Assembly: GCA_050239825.1 (NCBI GenBank)
Contig: JBFXGO010000004.1
Location: 9,075-73,074, forward strand
DNA from: a bacterium
Lineage (GTDB): Bacteria > Hydrothermota > 32-111
Direction of reading: 5' to 3'
DNA: 64,000 bases
In this document: positions 19,843-29,114 of the stretch, one piece after another
Position numbering within the stretch: the stretch's first letter is position 1
Layout: each line of letters opens with the position of its first letter
Translations under genes and position numbers: made by a program
The notes under the pieces: model-generated
What the model saw: only the letters and a program-made list of their open reading frames with translations
Database searches by the model: none
Told to the model about the DNA's origin: nothing

Positions 19843-21488
19843 TATTTCTCCTTTTTAATAAATTCATTGTTTTTTATTTCAAAGACATCAAAATCCATCC
19901 TGTTTTTTCTGAAGGATATTTTTCCTGAAGCTCCTTCATACGACTCCATTGAATTGAGATAGTTCTGAATTGACTTTCTGTCCGAATATCCATTCTTTAT
20001 GAGCATTGCAAGAAGTTTGTATGTGTCATACGCTAATGCGGCGAATCTGTCCGGATCGGTGGAATATTTCCTGAAAAATTTAAGCCTGAAGCTGTTATAG
20101 GAATCAGATATGCCGCTTAATGATTGGGGGGCGACTATTATTGTATTTTTAAGGTAATCCTTCGCAAGTCGTATGAGATTCTCGTTATACATTGCGGAAC
20201 CGCCCACCAGAAGAGCGCTTATGTCTTTGAATGCGAGCTGTGTGGAGAGAAGTATTGCATCCTCTGAGGATACGGGAAGGTAAATTGCATCAATTTTCAT
20301 TTTTTCTATGAGTTCGATTTTATCAAGAAAATCCTGCGTTCCCGCAGGGTATCCTATTTCAAAAATCACATTGAGTCCCAGCCTCTTTGCCTCCTTCTTG
20401 AAAGCTCCCGAGAGCGTTTTCCCGTAGGAATCATCTGAAAAGAATATCCCGATGTTTTGAAGTGATGAATCCTGGCTCAGATAGTTCGCCGTGAATATCG
20501 CCTCTTCGACAAGAGTCTTATTCACAAGAAAAATGTTTGTATCAAAGCGCAGAATCTCGCCATCAGAGGCGGTCGGCGACAAGACCGGAAGATTTTTCTG
20601 TTTGTAAAGATAGGCTCCGGCAACGATTGTTTCCTGACTAGTCATCGGACCTATAACTGCCACGAATGTATTATCTGCATATATTGAATCAATAAGCTCC
20701 ATTGTTCTGACAGAACTTCCGTCAGTATCAAACATCACTAAGTCAATGCTCTCCTCCTCATTTCCGATAACGCACCCTCTCTTCACCTGTTCGCCTATAT
20801 AGGCGTTTCCTCCTGTAAGTTGAAGGAGAAGCGCTATCTTGCATTTTGAGTTTTTATTGTTGTTTATCTCAAATATATATTTTTTTGTGTAATCATTTTC
20901 CGGATAGTCTTTTATAAGCCTCTGCCTGAAAATATCGCTTTTTTGAACCTCTTCTGATTTTAAAGAGAGCTGATAGAGCCTGAAGAGAATTAATGGATTG
21001 AATATGTCAGAATTGTAATTGTACAGCAGATACTCCAATTCGGAAGAAGAAAGATGTTTTTCAATAACCTTGTTCAGGTTGTCAATCGCCTTTGTCCTTG
21101 TTTCGCTATCCTCATCAGTAAACATGACTATCTGCATGAGCCAGCCAGCTGCTTCAAAATACGCCTTCTTTTTTATAAAAGTGTTTGATAGCTCGACTCT
21201 TATATTATGAGTCTGGTTGTCTTCGGGATAGAGTTCGGAGAGTTTCTCGGAATACGCGACCTTTTCATCAAATTCCTGCTGGGTGCAGGTCCTTATCAGA
21301 GTCAAAAGCGCTGTGTATGAATTTGAATCTTCGGGAAATTCTTCTACGAACCGGCTTAAAAGCTCTCTGCCTGCATTTATATCTTTCTTTTCCATCAAAT
21401 TCATTCCGTCTTCAAAAAGCTGTTTTGAAGACTGACAGAAGAGCAATAGAGAAAAAAACGCAACAACGCTAAATATTTTCAATTTCAT
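19842..21488 (-). CDS. TPR plus type I periplasmic-binding-fold protein (LpoA/LppC-like)
   Basis: KIALLLQLTG, VIGP, DDSYG, FAALAYD, GASGKISF. Confidence 0.75.
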   Translation of the reverse strand: MKLKIFSVVAFFSLLLFCQSSKQLFEDGMNLMEKKDINAGRELLSRFVEEFPEDSNSYTALLTLIRTCTQQEFDEKVAYSEKLSELYPEDNQTHNIRVELSNTFIKKKAYFEAAGWLMQIVMFTDEDSETRTKAIDNLNKVIEKHLSSSELEYLLYNYNSDIFNPLILFRLYQLSLKSEEVQKSDIFRQRLIKDYPENDYTKKYIFEINNNKNSKCKIALLLQLTGGNAYIGEQVKRGCVIGNEEESIDLVMFDTDGSSVRTMELIDSIYADNTFVAVIGPMTSQETIVAGAYLYKQKNLPVLSPTASDGEILRFDTNIFLVNKTLVEEAIFTANYLSQDSSLQNIGIFFSDDSYGKTLSGAFKKEAKRLGLNVIFEIGYPAGTQDFLDKIELIEKMKIDAIYLPVSSEDAILLSTQLAFKDISALLVGGSAMYNENLIRLAKDYLKNTIIVAPQSLSGISDSYNSFRLKFFRKYSTDPDRFAALAYDTYKLLAMLIKNGYSDRKSIQNYLNSMESYEGASGKISFRKNRMDFDVFEIKNNEFIKKEK

Positions 21489-21885
21489 AGGTAAACTTGA
21501 CCTCCGCGCTCTGCTTAAGCATTGCTGAAACTGAGCAGTATTTTTCCTGGGAAAGATTTATCGCCTTCTTTACCTTATCTTCATCAAGGTTCACTCCCTT
21601 CAGATGATAATGAAGGGTTATGTTTGTGAATATTTTGGGATGTTCTCCGCGTCTTGTTCCGTCAACTGTTATTTTGAATTCCTTCAATTGCTCCCGCATC
21701 TTCACGAGAATAGAGACAGTATCCATTGCGGTGCATCCCGCAAGTGAGAGAAGAAGCATCTCCATTGGCTTGAATGAACCTGCCTCCGCCTCAATTGTTT
21801 CAGAAGTGGTGTCAAATATAAACTTGGATCCGCTGTCGGAGACAGCCGTAAACTTCATTCCCTCAACCCATTTAACTTCTGCCAT
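21469..21885 (-). CDS. OsmC/YhfA family protein
   Basis: PMEMLLLSLAGCT, SQEKYCSVS. Confidence 0.9.
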   Translation of the reverse strand: MAEVKWVEGMKFTAVSDSGSKFIFDTTSETIEAEAGSFKPMEMLLLSLAGCTAMDTVSILVKMREQLKEFKITVDGTRRGEHPKIFTNITLHYHLKGVNLDEDKVKKAINLSQEKYCSVSAMLKQSAEVKFTYEIENI

Positions 21886-22366
21886 AATCTTCCTTCTCCT
21901 TGGTTATGTAAATGTTGTAATTGAACCTTTCTTCCGGCGAAGCATAGTCAATAATCAAAACTCCGTTTAGATGGTCAAGTTCGTGTTGAAACGCCCGTGC
22001 ATGAATTCCCTCGAGATGCATCGCCTGATATGCACCTGAAGAATCCGTAAATTCAACATCAACCTCTTTCGACCTTTCAACAGGCACATTCAAATTTGGA
22101 AATGAGAGACAGCCTTCAAACTGAGATTCGGTCTCTTTCGATTTGAATTTCAATTCAGGATTTATAAGCACTGTCGGCCTCTCTCCGATGTCGAGCACCA
22201 TAATTCTTTGTGTAATGCCCACCTGATTTGCCGCAAGACCTACTCCATCTTCAAGCTTCATTCCGTTTATCATCTGCTTTATGATGTTCTTGAGTGATTT
22301 GTTATTCTTAGCCACCTCGTCGGATTTTATCCTCAGAACAGGGTCTGGATACCTTCTGATTTTCAT
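21872..22366 (-). CDS. def: Peptide deformylase
   Basis: GVGLAANQVG, EGCLS, QHELDHLNG. Confidence 0.96.
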   Translation of the reverse strand: MKIRRYPDPVLRIKSDEVAKNNKSLKNIIKQMINGMKLEDGVGLAANQVGITQRIMVLDIGERPTVLINPELKFKSKETESQFEGCLSFPNLNVPVERSKEVDVEFTDSSGAYQAMHLEGIHARAFQHELDHLNGVLIIDYASPEERFNYNIYITKEKEDYGRS

Positions 22367-22367
22367 T

Positions 22368-24107
22368 TCATTTCTCCGTTTTCAGATGCAATTCCTTAAG
22401 CTGTTTATCAGAGACAAAATCGGGTGATTCCTCCATCAGCCCCAATCCGTTAAGCGTCTTTGGAAAAGCAATTACATCCTTTATATTATCTCTTTTGAGC
22501 ATTAGAGAGACCAATCTGTCTATTCCGGGAGCAATTCCACCGTGAGGCGGAGCTCCGTATTTAAATGCTTCAAGCAAAAATCCGAACCTGCTCTGAAGTT
22601 CTTCATCTGTCATTCCAACTATCTTCATAATCTCTTTTTGAATTTTCGGATCATGTATCCTTATTGAACCGGAGGCAAGCTCGACGCCGTTTAACACAAG
22701 GTCATACAAATCGCCCCTTGCTTTCAGAGGCTCTGTTGACATAGTGCTTAAGTGTTCTTTTTTGGGCATTGTGAACATATGGTGGCAGGCGACATACCTC
22801 TGCTCATTCTCATCATACTCAAAGAGGGGAAATTCCACAACCCACACAAAATTAAATTCATCCTTTGTATCGAATTTCTTGATTGAAGCTATCTTGCGTC
22901 TAAGCATTCCGAGATATTCAAGGGTTCTCTTCTTTTTTCCGCTCATTGCGAAAAGTATCTTTTCATTGTTCAAAATCTCCTTAGGCAGATACTTCGATAG
23001 CGGCCCGGAAACTCCAGTCTCCGACAATTTCATGTATCCGAGTCCGGTAGCTCCGATTGATTTAACAAACTCAGTGAGTTCGTCAATCTCTTTTCTCGTG
23101 AAATCCTGGTCGGAGAGGATAGCGCCTGTAAACTCTTGCTCTCTGAACACCTGAAATTCACTACTGTGGGCGCTCTCTGTTATATCATTTATTTCAAGTT
23201 TGTATCTGAGGTCAGGTTTATCTGACCCGTACTTTTCCATAGATTCATCATAGGTCATTCTTCTGAAAGGTATTTTAAGCTCTATGCCGAGAGTCTCTTT
23301 AAAAATATGCGCCATCATCTCTTCAATCACCTGAAGCACATCATCGCTGGACACGAATGACATCTCCATATCCAACTGCGTGAATTCAGGCTGTCTGTCT
23401 GCCCTCTGGTCTTCGTCCCTGAAACATCTCGCTATCTGGAAATACCTGTCAAAACCGGACACCATGAGAATCTGCTTGTATAACTGCGGAGACTGCACAA
23501 GAGAATAAAATTTTCCCGCATGCATCCTCGAAGGCACAAGATAGTCTCTTGCTCCTTCAGGCGTTGATTTTGACATAACCGGGGTCTCTATCTCTATGAA
23601 ACCGCAGTCTGTGAGAAAATCCCGTATCGATTTGATAACTTTGGAACGCATTATTAGAGCTGAAGTCATATATTTTCTTCTCAGGTCGAGATACCTGTAT
23701 TTCAGCCTGAGCTCCTCTGACGCCTTCACATCCTCTTCTATGACAAATGGCGTGACAGCAGACCTTGATATTACTTCTGTGAAGTGACATTCGACCTCCA
23801 CCTCTCCGGTTTTCATATCTTTGTTTACTACATTTTCCGGTCTGCGTTTTACAATGCCTTTTACTCTAATCACATCTTCGCTTCTCAGAGATTTCATTGT
23901 TTCGGAGGAATCTTCATTATCGGGGAAGAGCTGCACTATTCCGGAGCGGTCCCTAAGATCGATGAATATGAGATTTCCATGGTCTCTCTTTCTGTTGACC
24001 CAACCGCAGAGAGTTACTTCACTTCCTTCAAGCCCTGCATCCACTTCTCCGCAAAGGCATGTTCGCATTGCTGTTTTAAGCATCTTTACACCTCTTGATG
24101 TATTCAT
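22368..24107 (-). CDS. aspS: Aspartate-tRNA ligase; start may be the internal Met (MLKTAMRT)
   Basis: RDHGNLIFIDLRDR, QSPQLYKQ, FRDED, PPHGGIAPGIDR. Confidence 0.97.
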   Translation of the reverse strand: MNTSRGVKMLKTAMRTCLCGEVDAGLEGSEVTLCGWVNRKRDHGNLIFIDLRDRSGIVQLFPDNEDSSETMKSLRSEDVIRVKGIVKRRPENVVNKDMKTGEVEVECHFTEVISRSAVTPFVIEEDVKASEELRLKYRYLDLRRKYMTSALIMRSKVIKSIRDFLTDCGFIEIETPVMSKSTPEGARDYLVPSRMHAGKFYSLVQSPQLYKQILMVSGFDRYFQIARCFRDEDQRADRQPEFTQLDMEMSFVSSDDVLQVIEEMMAHIFKETLGIELKIPFRRMTYDESMEKYGSDKPDLRYKLEINDITESAHSSEFQVFREQEFTGAILSDQDFTRKEIDELTEFVKSIGATGLGYMKLSETGVSGPLSKYLPKEILNNEKILFAMSGKKKRTLEYLGMLRRKIASIKKFDTKDEFNFVWVVEFPLFEYDENEQRYVACHHMFTMPKKEHLSTMSTEPLKARGDLYDLVLNGVELASGSIRIHDPKIQKEIMKIVGMTDEELQSRFGFLLEAFKYGAPPHGGIAPGIDRLVSLMLKRDNIKDVIAFPKTLNGLGLMEESPDFVSDKQLKELHLKTEK

Positions 24108-25353
24108 ATATTTTTGCCGAATTCAAATCAATTTTTATCTGACTCTGGTCTGATAGATTCTTAATCACCGCCTTATTCTCCCTCATCTCCTCTTCTCCAA
24201 TTATCACGGCGAATTTTGCCCTGCCGGATGAGACGGAAAGCTGTCTTTTTATTTTATCCGTTTCAAAAAGCATATCTGCTTTCATTGACATGCGTCTCAG
24301 AGACTCCATCACCTCAAAAGCTTTGTCCGCAGTCTCGCCTCCGAAATGAACTATGAATGCATCGATAATTTCATCTGCTTCAAAATTCTTTTTTATACTT
24401 TCAGGTATCGAAAGCATAAGCCTTTCAATACCGCCTGCAAAACCGCATGAAGGCATCTCCTGACCGCCCAGTTCTTTGGAAAGCATGTCATACCTTCCGC
24501 CTCCGATAAGAGTGGACTGAGACCCGAGGGATTCTCCAGTTTCAATAAATTCAAAGACAGTCTTGGTATAATAATCGAGCCCGCGCACTATCATGGGATT
24601 TACCGAATACTCTATTTTGAAATCATCAAGGCACTGTTTTACATTCTCGAAATCGCTTTTGCATTCTTTGCACAGATGTTCAGTAATTTTCGGGGAATCG
24701 AGAGCAACCGCCCTGCATCCGCTCTCTTTGCAGTCAAGCACCCTCAGAGGATTTGTATTTATTCTCACCCTGCATTGTTCGCAGACATCCGCAGACCTTT
24801 CCGAAAAATATTTTTTTAAAAGAAGAGTGTAGCCGGGTCTGCAATTCCCGCATCCTATTGAGTTAATCTCTATTTTGTAATCCTTTATTTCAAATGCTTT
24901 CAATATTTCCTTACCGAGCATTATAAGTTCGCAGTCGCGCCTGAAATCGGATGAGTTTAGAGTCTCCACTCCGTATTGATAAAACTCCCTGTACCTTCCC
25001 TTCTGGGGTCTTTCATATCTGAACAGAGGTGTTATGTAGTATAGTTTTTTGACTTCCGCGCCCTGAACATAATTGCTCTCTAGCACCGATCTCATCATTG
25101 GCGCAGTCTCTTCGGGTTTGAGAACATACTCTTTGCCACTCTTCGATGTGATTGTGAACATCTCTTTGTTGACAATGTCTGTCTCATTTCCGACAGCCCT
25201 TTTGAACATCTCCAAAGGCTGAAGTATGGATGTCTGTCCGTAAGAAAATCCGTAAGAGGAGATGACCTGCCTCAGAGTCTCAACCGTATTTCTGAAAAGG
25301 TTGGATTGACTGCCAAGCATATCGTAAGTGCCCTTTACTCTCTCAAACCGCAT
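24076..25353 (-). CDS. hisS: Histidine-tRNA ligase
   Basis: FRYERPQKGRYREFYQ, VRGLDYY, GGGRYD. Confidence 0.97.
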   Translation of the reverse strand: MRFERVKGTYDMLGSQSNLFRNTVETLRQVISSYGFSYGQTSILQPLEMFKRAVGNETDIVNKEMFTITSKSGKEYVLKPEETAPMMRSVLESNYVQGAEVKKLYYITPLFRYERPQKGRYREFYQYGVETLNSSDFRRDCELIMLGKEILKAFEIKDYKIEINSIGCGNCRPGYTLLLKKYFSERSADVCEQCRVRINTNPLRVLDCKESGCRAVALDSPKITEHLCKECKSDFENVKQCLDDFKIEYSVNPMIVRGLDYYTKTVFEFIETGESLGSQSTLIGGGRYDMLSKELGGQEMPSCGFAGGIERLMLSIPESIKKNFEADEIIDAFIVHFGGETADKAFEVMESLRRMSMKADMLFETDKIKRQLSVSSGRAKFAVIIGEEEMRENKAVIKNLSDQSQIKIDLNSAKIYEYIKRCKDA

Positions 25354-25858
25354 TTCGCCTCCCCAATTTTAGTTCATATAAAATTAAAAACATCGTCATC
25401 AGAGCCATTCCGAAACCGTCGGCGAGGAGATCGAAGAATGAGCAGAATCTTGTAGGTGTTAATATCTGATGAAGCTCATCGAAGATTCCTATCAGAATAA
25501 CAATCATTCCGGCAAGAATATAGTTCTCCTTGGAATCTCTTTTGCCTCTTGTCTTTTTCAGAGCGTAATAAACCAAAAAAGTAAAGACAAAGTATTCAAA
25601 CACATGGTAGATTCTGTCCAGATTTTCAGAAACAAAAACGCAGAGCGAACAACCTCCGCCTCTTCTGTTCAGAAAACTCTTTATCATCAGAAGCACTCTC
25701 GACACTATGTTGATGTTGTCTCCCTTGAAATCAACTTTTACGGAACCCATCACAAAAATTACGACCATCCAAAGAAGTGCCGGAAGCCAATAGATGATTT
25801 TTTTTGCCTTAGAGCTCAATTTCATGCAATCCTTTTGCCAACTGTTTTCCGGCTTCAT
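25343..25858 (-). CDS. VanZ-family membrane protein
   Basis: WLPALLWMVVIF, HVFEY, DELHQ..PTR..SFFDLLAD. Confidence 0.85.
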   Translation of the reverse strand: MKPENSWQKDCMKLSSKAKKIIYWLPALLWMVVIFVMGSVKVDFKGDNINIVSRVLLMIKSFLNRRGGGCSLCVFVSENLDRIYHVFEYFVFTFLVYYALKKTRGKRDSKENYILAGMIVILIGIFDELHQILTPTRFCSFFDLLADGFGMALMTMFLILYELKLGRRNAV

Positions 25859-26258
25859 CCTCTGTCGTCGAAGAGAGAAGTCTCTGCTTGAACTGTTTGG
25901 AAGCGAGAGCCCTGTATAGACTTGAAAGGAGGGAGAGATAATCGGATTTCATTTCTTTTGAATAGAGGATAAGAAATATTATTCTTATATTTTCATCTCC
26001 CATGGAAAATGACTCTTTAAGAAGACCGGCGCACAGACACAGGGTTTTTCTTGATGTTTCAGCCCTCGGTACAATAACTTCGTCTGTATAGTATGTGCTG
26101 AACATTTTTTCCCTTGCAGTTATGCTTTTTTCTATTTCTGCGGACTCTTGCTGAGAGTATCCGCGCTTTTCAAGCATCTCTGCAAGAGAAGCAGTCAAAT
26201 CCGTCGCGGAAAGGAATGAGACAGACACAATTGAACTGTAATCCTTCGAATATTGCAT
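25809..26258 (-). CDS. PTS EIIA (Ntr/Fru)-like domain protein lacking the phospho-His
   Basis: AREKMFST..VIVPRAE (canonical IAIPH), IIFLIL, YLSLLSSL. Confidence 0.7.
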   Translation of the reverse strand: MQYSKDYSSIVSVSFLSATDLTASLAEMLEKRGYSQQESAEIEKSITAREKMFSTYYTDEVIVPRAETSRKTLCLCAGLLKESFSMGDENIRIIFLILYSKEMKSDYLSLLSSLYRALASKQFKQRLLSSTTEDEAGKQLAKGLHEIEL

Positions 26259-26292
26259 TTTTAATCTGCCTTTTTTGCATCGTTTGTCAGAT

Positions 26293-28755
26293 TCATCTGT
26301 TCTCCATATACTGTTTAAGCATATTGTCCCTCAATTCGAGATTTAGAGAGAGAAAGACCTTTGATGCGCTTTGAAGAAGTAATGATTTCAACTCCTTGTT
26401 TTTTCTGTAAATATAAGTCATATATGCCAATAACTCCGCTTTATACAGCATCTCCTCATTCTTTTCGATTCCAAGAAGCTCATGGGCAAAATCCCTGACT
26501 TTGCTCTGTTCCGGCTCCTTGTTGGCTCTTATAAAATCAAGAACCATTAAATCAAGATTATTGATTATATCATCTTTATTAAAATAATCAAGTTTCAACC
26601 ACTTAGTGGAGTTTTTCGCCATTTTAATCTTCCTGTTTTGAAGTACGGCAAAATCGGGAACCGACCTCTTGTCCCTGTAAAAATCAAGAACAAGCTTGTT
26701 GTAATATTCGGCATTATCCCATTCATACATTCTTATGAAGGCATCTGAAAGATTGTTATAGACAACCATCCTGTAAAAATCATTATCCTTCTCCCTCTCC
26801 ATCGATAGGAGAGATGTGAACATATCAAGAGATTTTGAAAATTCCCCCAGTTTTAGATGTGTGACTGCGAGATTGAGATTGATGCTCCACACTATTGAAT
26901 TCATACTTGTGAATGGGAAGATGTCCATAGCTTTGTTGAAGTATTCAAGGGCTTTGAAGAGCTGGTCCTTCTGGTCAAACATATTTCCCATCATCATGTA
27001 TACCTTTCCAAGGTCGGCCAAAAAGAGTTCTTTCGCGCATATCTCCTCGCATTTCAAAAAACAATCGACGGCTTCCTTCTCTCTCTGCCTGAACATGTAG
27101 TAGTTTGCCAGATTGGACAGATGCGACACATACTCCTTTTGAGTGAGAACCGTCTGGTCAATATTTTTTACAAACTCCTCAACCATCTCAAATAACTGTT
27201 TTCTAATACAGTAACTTGTATAGAGTATGTTTGTGTAGGGGTCATCCAGTTTTTCAAGGTCAAGTTCTCCTGCAGTTGAAACAGTCTTCAGAACTTTTGT
27301 CTGAGCGCTTATCACTGGGTCAGTTATCTTTGCAATCTCCTTTTCCGCAAGCTCGAAATTGGATTCAGCTATCAGTATTCTGGCCTTCAATGAGTGCAGT
27401 TCATCACCATCCTCTCCGGCATTTTTGAGAATTTCCATGGCTTCTTCCATATCTCCGTAATTGTACATGTCGAGAGATGCGGATAATGAGAGCTGTCTGT
27501 CTTTGCTCAAAGAGCATATTCTCTTTTTTCTTGCAAGTTCAAACATCTTCTTTTGGCATGGCGAATATTTTTTATCATCAGAGAGTGAAAAGAAAATAGG
27601 CGGGTAGGAGTAGGTCAGACAAGAATCTCTTTCAATGAGAATCCCCAAAGAGAGAAGATGCATGACATCTTTGTATAGAGAGGGATTGTCTGCAACCGCA
27701 GACATGGATATTTCGAGTCCGAGTCTGTTCACCCGTTGGAGTGCTTTAACCGTAGAATCGCTTAGAGCAGAGATCTCCTCCTTTGCCGAAAAATCAGTAA
27801 GGGTCTCAAATTTGGCCATTGCCTCCTTTTTGACCGCCATTGAAACCAAAAACGGATTACCCTTGGTTGTCAGCTCCAGATAGTTCAGTGTGAAGAGATT
27901 AGCTTTCCTTCCGGCAAGTTCAAGAAATCTCACAATGTCGTTCTTTGAAAGATTCGACAATGTGTATTCATCGTGCTCTCTCTGTTTGAAAAAGTAAAGG
28001 AATTTGTTAAGTTTTTTATTCCCTTCAATGGTGGCGGGATTGTAAAAAAGTACTGTGACAGAGAATGCGTCATCCTCCCTGAAATTGTCAAGCTCAAGGA
28101 ATTTTATTCTCTGAAATTCACTCTGCAGTTTGTTGAGAAGAGATGTCTTCCCAGATTTAAATCCGCCCTTTATTATCACAGACCTCTCTCCGGCAAGCGA
28201 CTTCTTTATCTCTCTCTCCTCCTTGAAAGGCATGTATATTCCGCCGCTCTCTCTCTTTGTATAGAGAGTGGAGCAGTTTTTGCCCCTCTCTTTTGAACAG
28301 TACAGAGCAAAATCGGCATTCTGCATTATGTTTTCAATCTCCTCTATTCCGCCCTCGGCTATTCCGAAGGAGAGTGTCACTGCAACCGACTTATTGACTA
28401 TAATGAAAGGCCTGGAAGAAATATACTTTCTAAAATTCTCCATTGCCTCCTTCAATTCAGCGGCGCTTTTGTCAGAGGAGATGAATATAAATTCATCGCC
28501 TCCGAATCTTAGCGGATAGTCATGTTTTTTGCTGTAGCTTTTGAGAAGACTGCCTATTTCCGTTATTATCTTGTCGCCTGTATAGTGACCGTGCACATCA
28601 TTTATGTACTTAAAATTGTCAATGTCAAAAAAGGCAAGAGAGATTGGCCCGTCAAGTATTGCCTGAGCGTTGAGCATAAATCTTTTGTTGAGTATTCCGG
28701 TAAGTTCGTCATAATAGACAGGCTCAAATTCCATCCACTGTTTTTCCTGTCCCAT
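26293..28755 (-). CDS. Diguanylate cyclase fused to a P-loop region and TPR repeats
   Basis: DELTG, DIDNFKYIND, RFGGDEF, ADFALY; GGFKSGKTSLL; TxGNP motif; C-terminal TPRs. Confidence 0.85.
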   Translation of the reverse strand: MGQEKQWMEFEPVYYDELTGILNKRFMLNAQAILDGPISLAFFDIDNFKYINDVHGHYTGDKIITEIGSLLKSYSKKHDYPLRFGGDEFIFISSDKSAAELKEAMENFRKYISSRPFIIVNKSVAVTLSFGIAEGGIEEIENIMQNADFALYCSKERGKNCSTLYTKRESGGIYMPFKEEREIKKSLAGERSVIIKGGFKSGKTSLLNKLQSEFQRIKFLELDNFREDDAFSVTVLFYNPATIEGNKKLNKFLYFFKQREHDEYTLSNLSKNDIVRFLELAGRKANLFTLNYLELTTKGNPFLVSMAVKKEAMAKFETLTDFSAKEEISALSDSTVKALQRVNRLGLEISMSAVADNPSLYKDVMHLLSLGILIERDSCLTYSYPPIFFSLSDDKKYSPCQKKMFELARKKRICSLSKDRQLSLSASLDMYNYGDMEEAMEILKNAGEDGDELHSLKARILIAESNFELAEKEIAKITDPVISAQTKVLKTVSTAGELDLEKLDDPYTNILYTSYCIRKQLFEMVEEFVKNIDQTVLTQKEYVSHLSNLANYYMFRQREKEAVDCFLKCEEICAKELFLADLGKVYMMMGNMFDQKDQLFKALEYFNKAMDIFPFTSMNSIVWSINLNLAVTHLKLGEFSKSLDMFTSLLSMEREKDNDFYRMVVYNNLSDAFIRMYEWDNAEYYNKLVLDFYRDKRSVPDFAVLQNRKIKMAKNSTKWLKLDYFNKDDIINNLDLMVLDFIRANKEPEQSKVRDFAHELLGIEKNEEMLYKAELLAYMTYIYRKNKELKSLLLQSASKVFLSLNLELRDNMLKQYMENR

Positions 28756-28789
28756 AAAAACATTATAGAGGGTATAGGCAAAAAATCAA
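28756..28789 (-). promoter_or_regulatory. Sigma70-type promoter, probably leaderless
   Basis: TTGATT-N16-TATAAT-N6-ATG, no SD. Confidence 0.55.
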
Positions 28790-28802
28790 TATACTCTTTC
28801 AG

Positions 28803-29109
28803 AAGGCGGCGGGGGGTGAAATTTGTGAAAATCAAATGGATGGAAGAAATAGTTTATCTCGATTGGCAACAATTCCACTGTTTCATCAGGACACATAATA
28901 GAAGCATCATAGAGATGAAATTTTGGGATCTTGTTTTCAAAAAGAACCATATTAATCACATAAAACAGACACTGTTAAAGAATTGAAGAACTAAGAAAAA
29001 ACATTGGAAATTTGACTTTTAATACACAGTTAAAAGCAAAACTAAAGAATCATAACGATAAAATTCGGAACTTCAAAACATTTTCACAAATTTCACCCCC
29101 CGCCGCCTT
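28803..29109. repeat. 307 bp element bounded by perfect 30 bp inverted repeats (MITE-like or invertible segment)
   Basis: AAGGCGGCGGGGGGTGAAATTTGTGAAAAT at 28803-28832; exact reverse complement at 29080-29109. Confidence 0.9.
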
Positions 29110-29114
29110 TTTTG

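Noticed and set aside
28522..28986. 154 aa plus-strand ORF entering the inverted-repeat element
   Set aside because: Mostly antisense to the GGDEF gene, with no recognisable transposase or recombinase motif.
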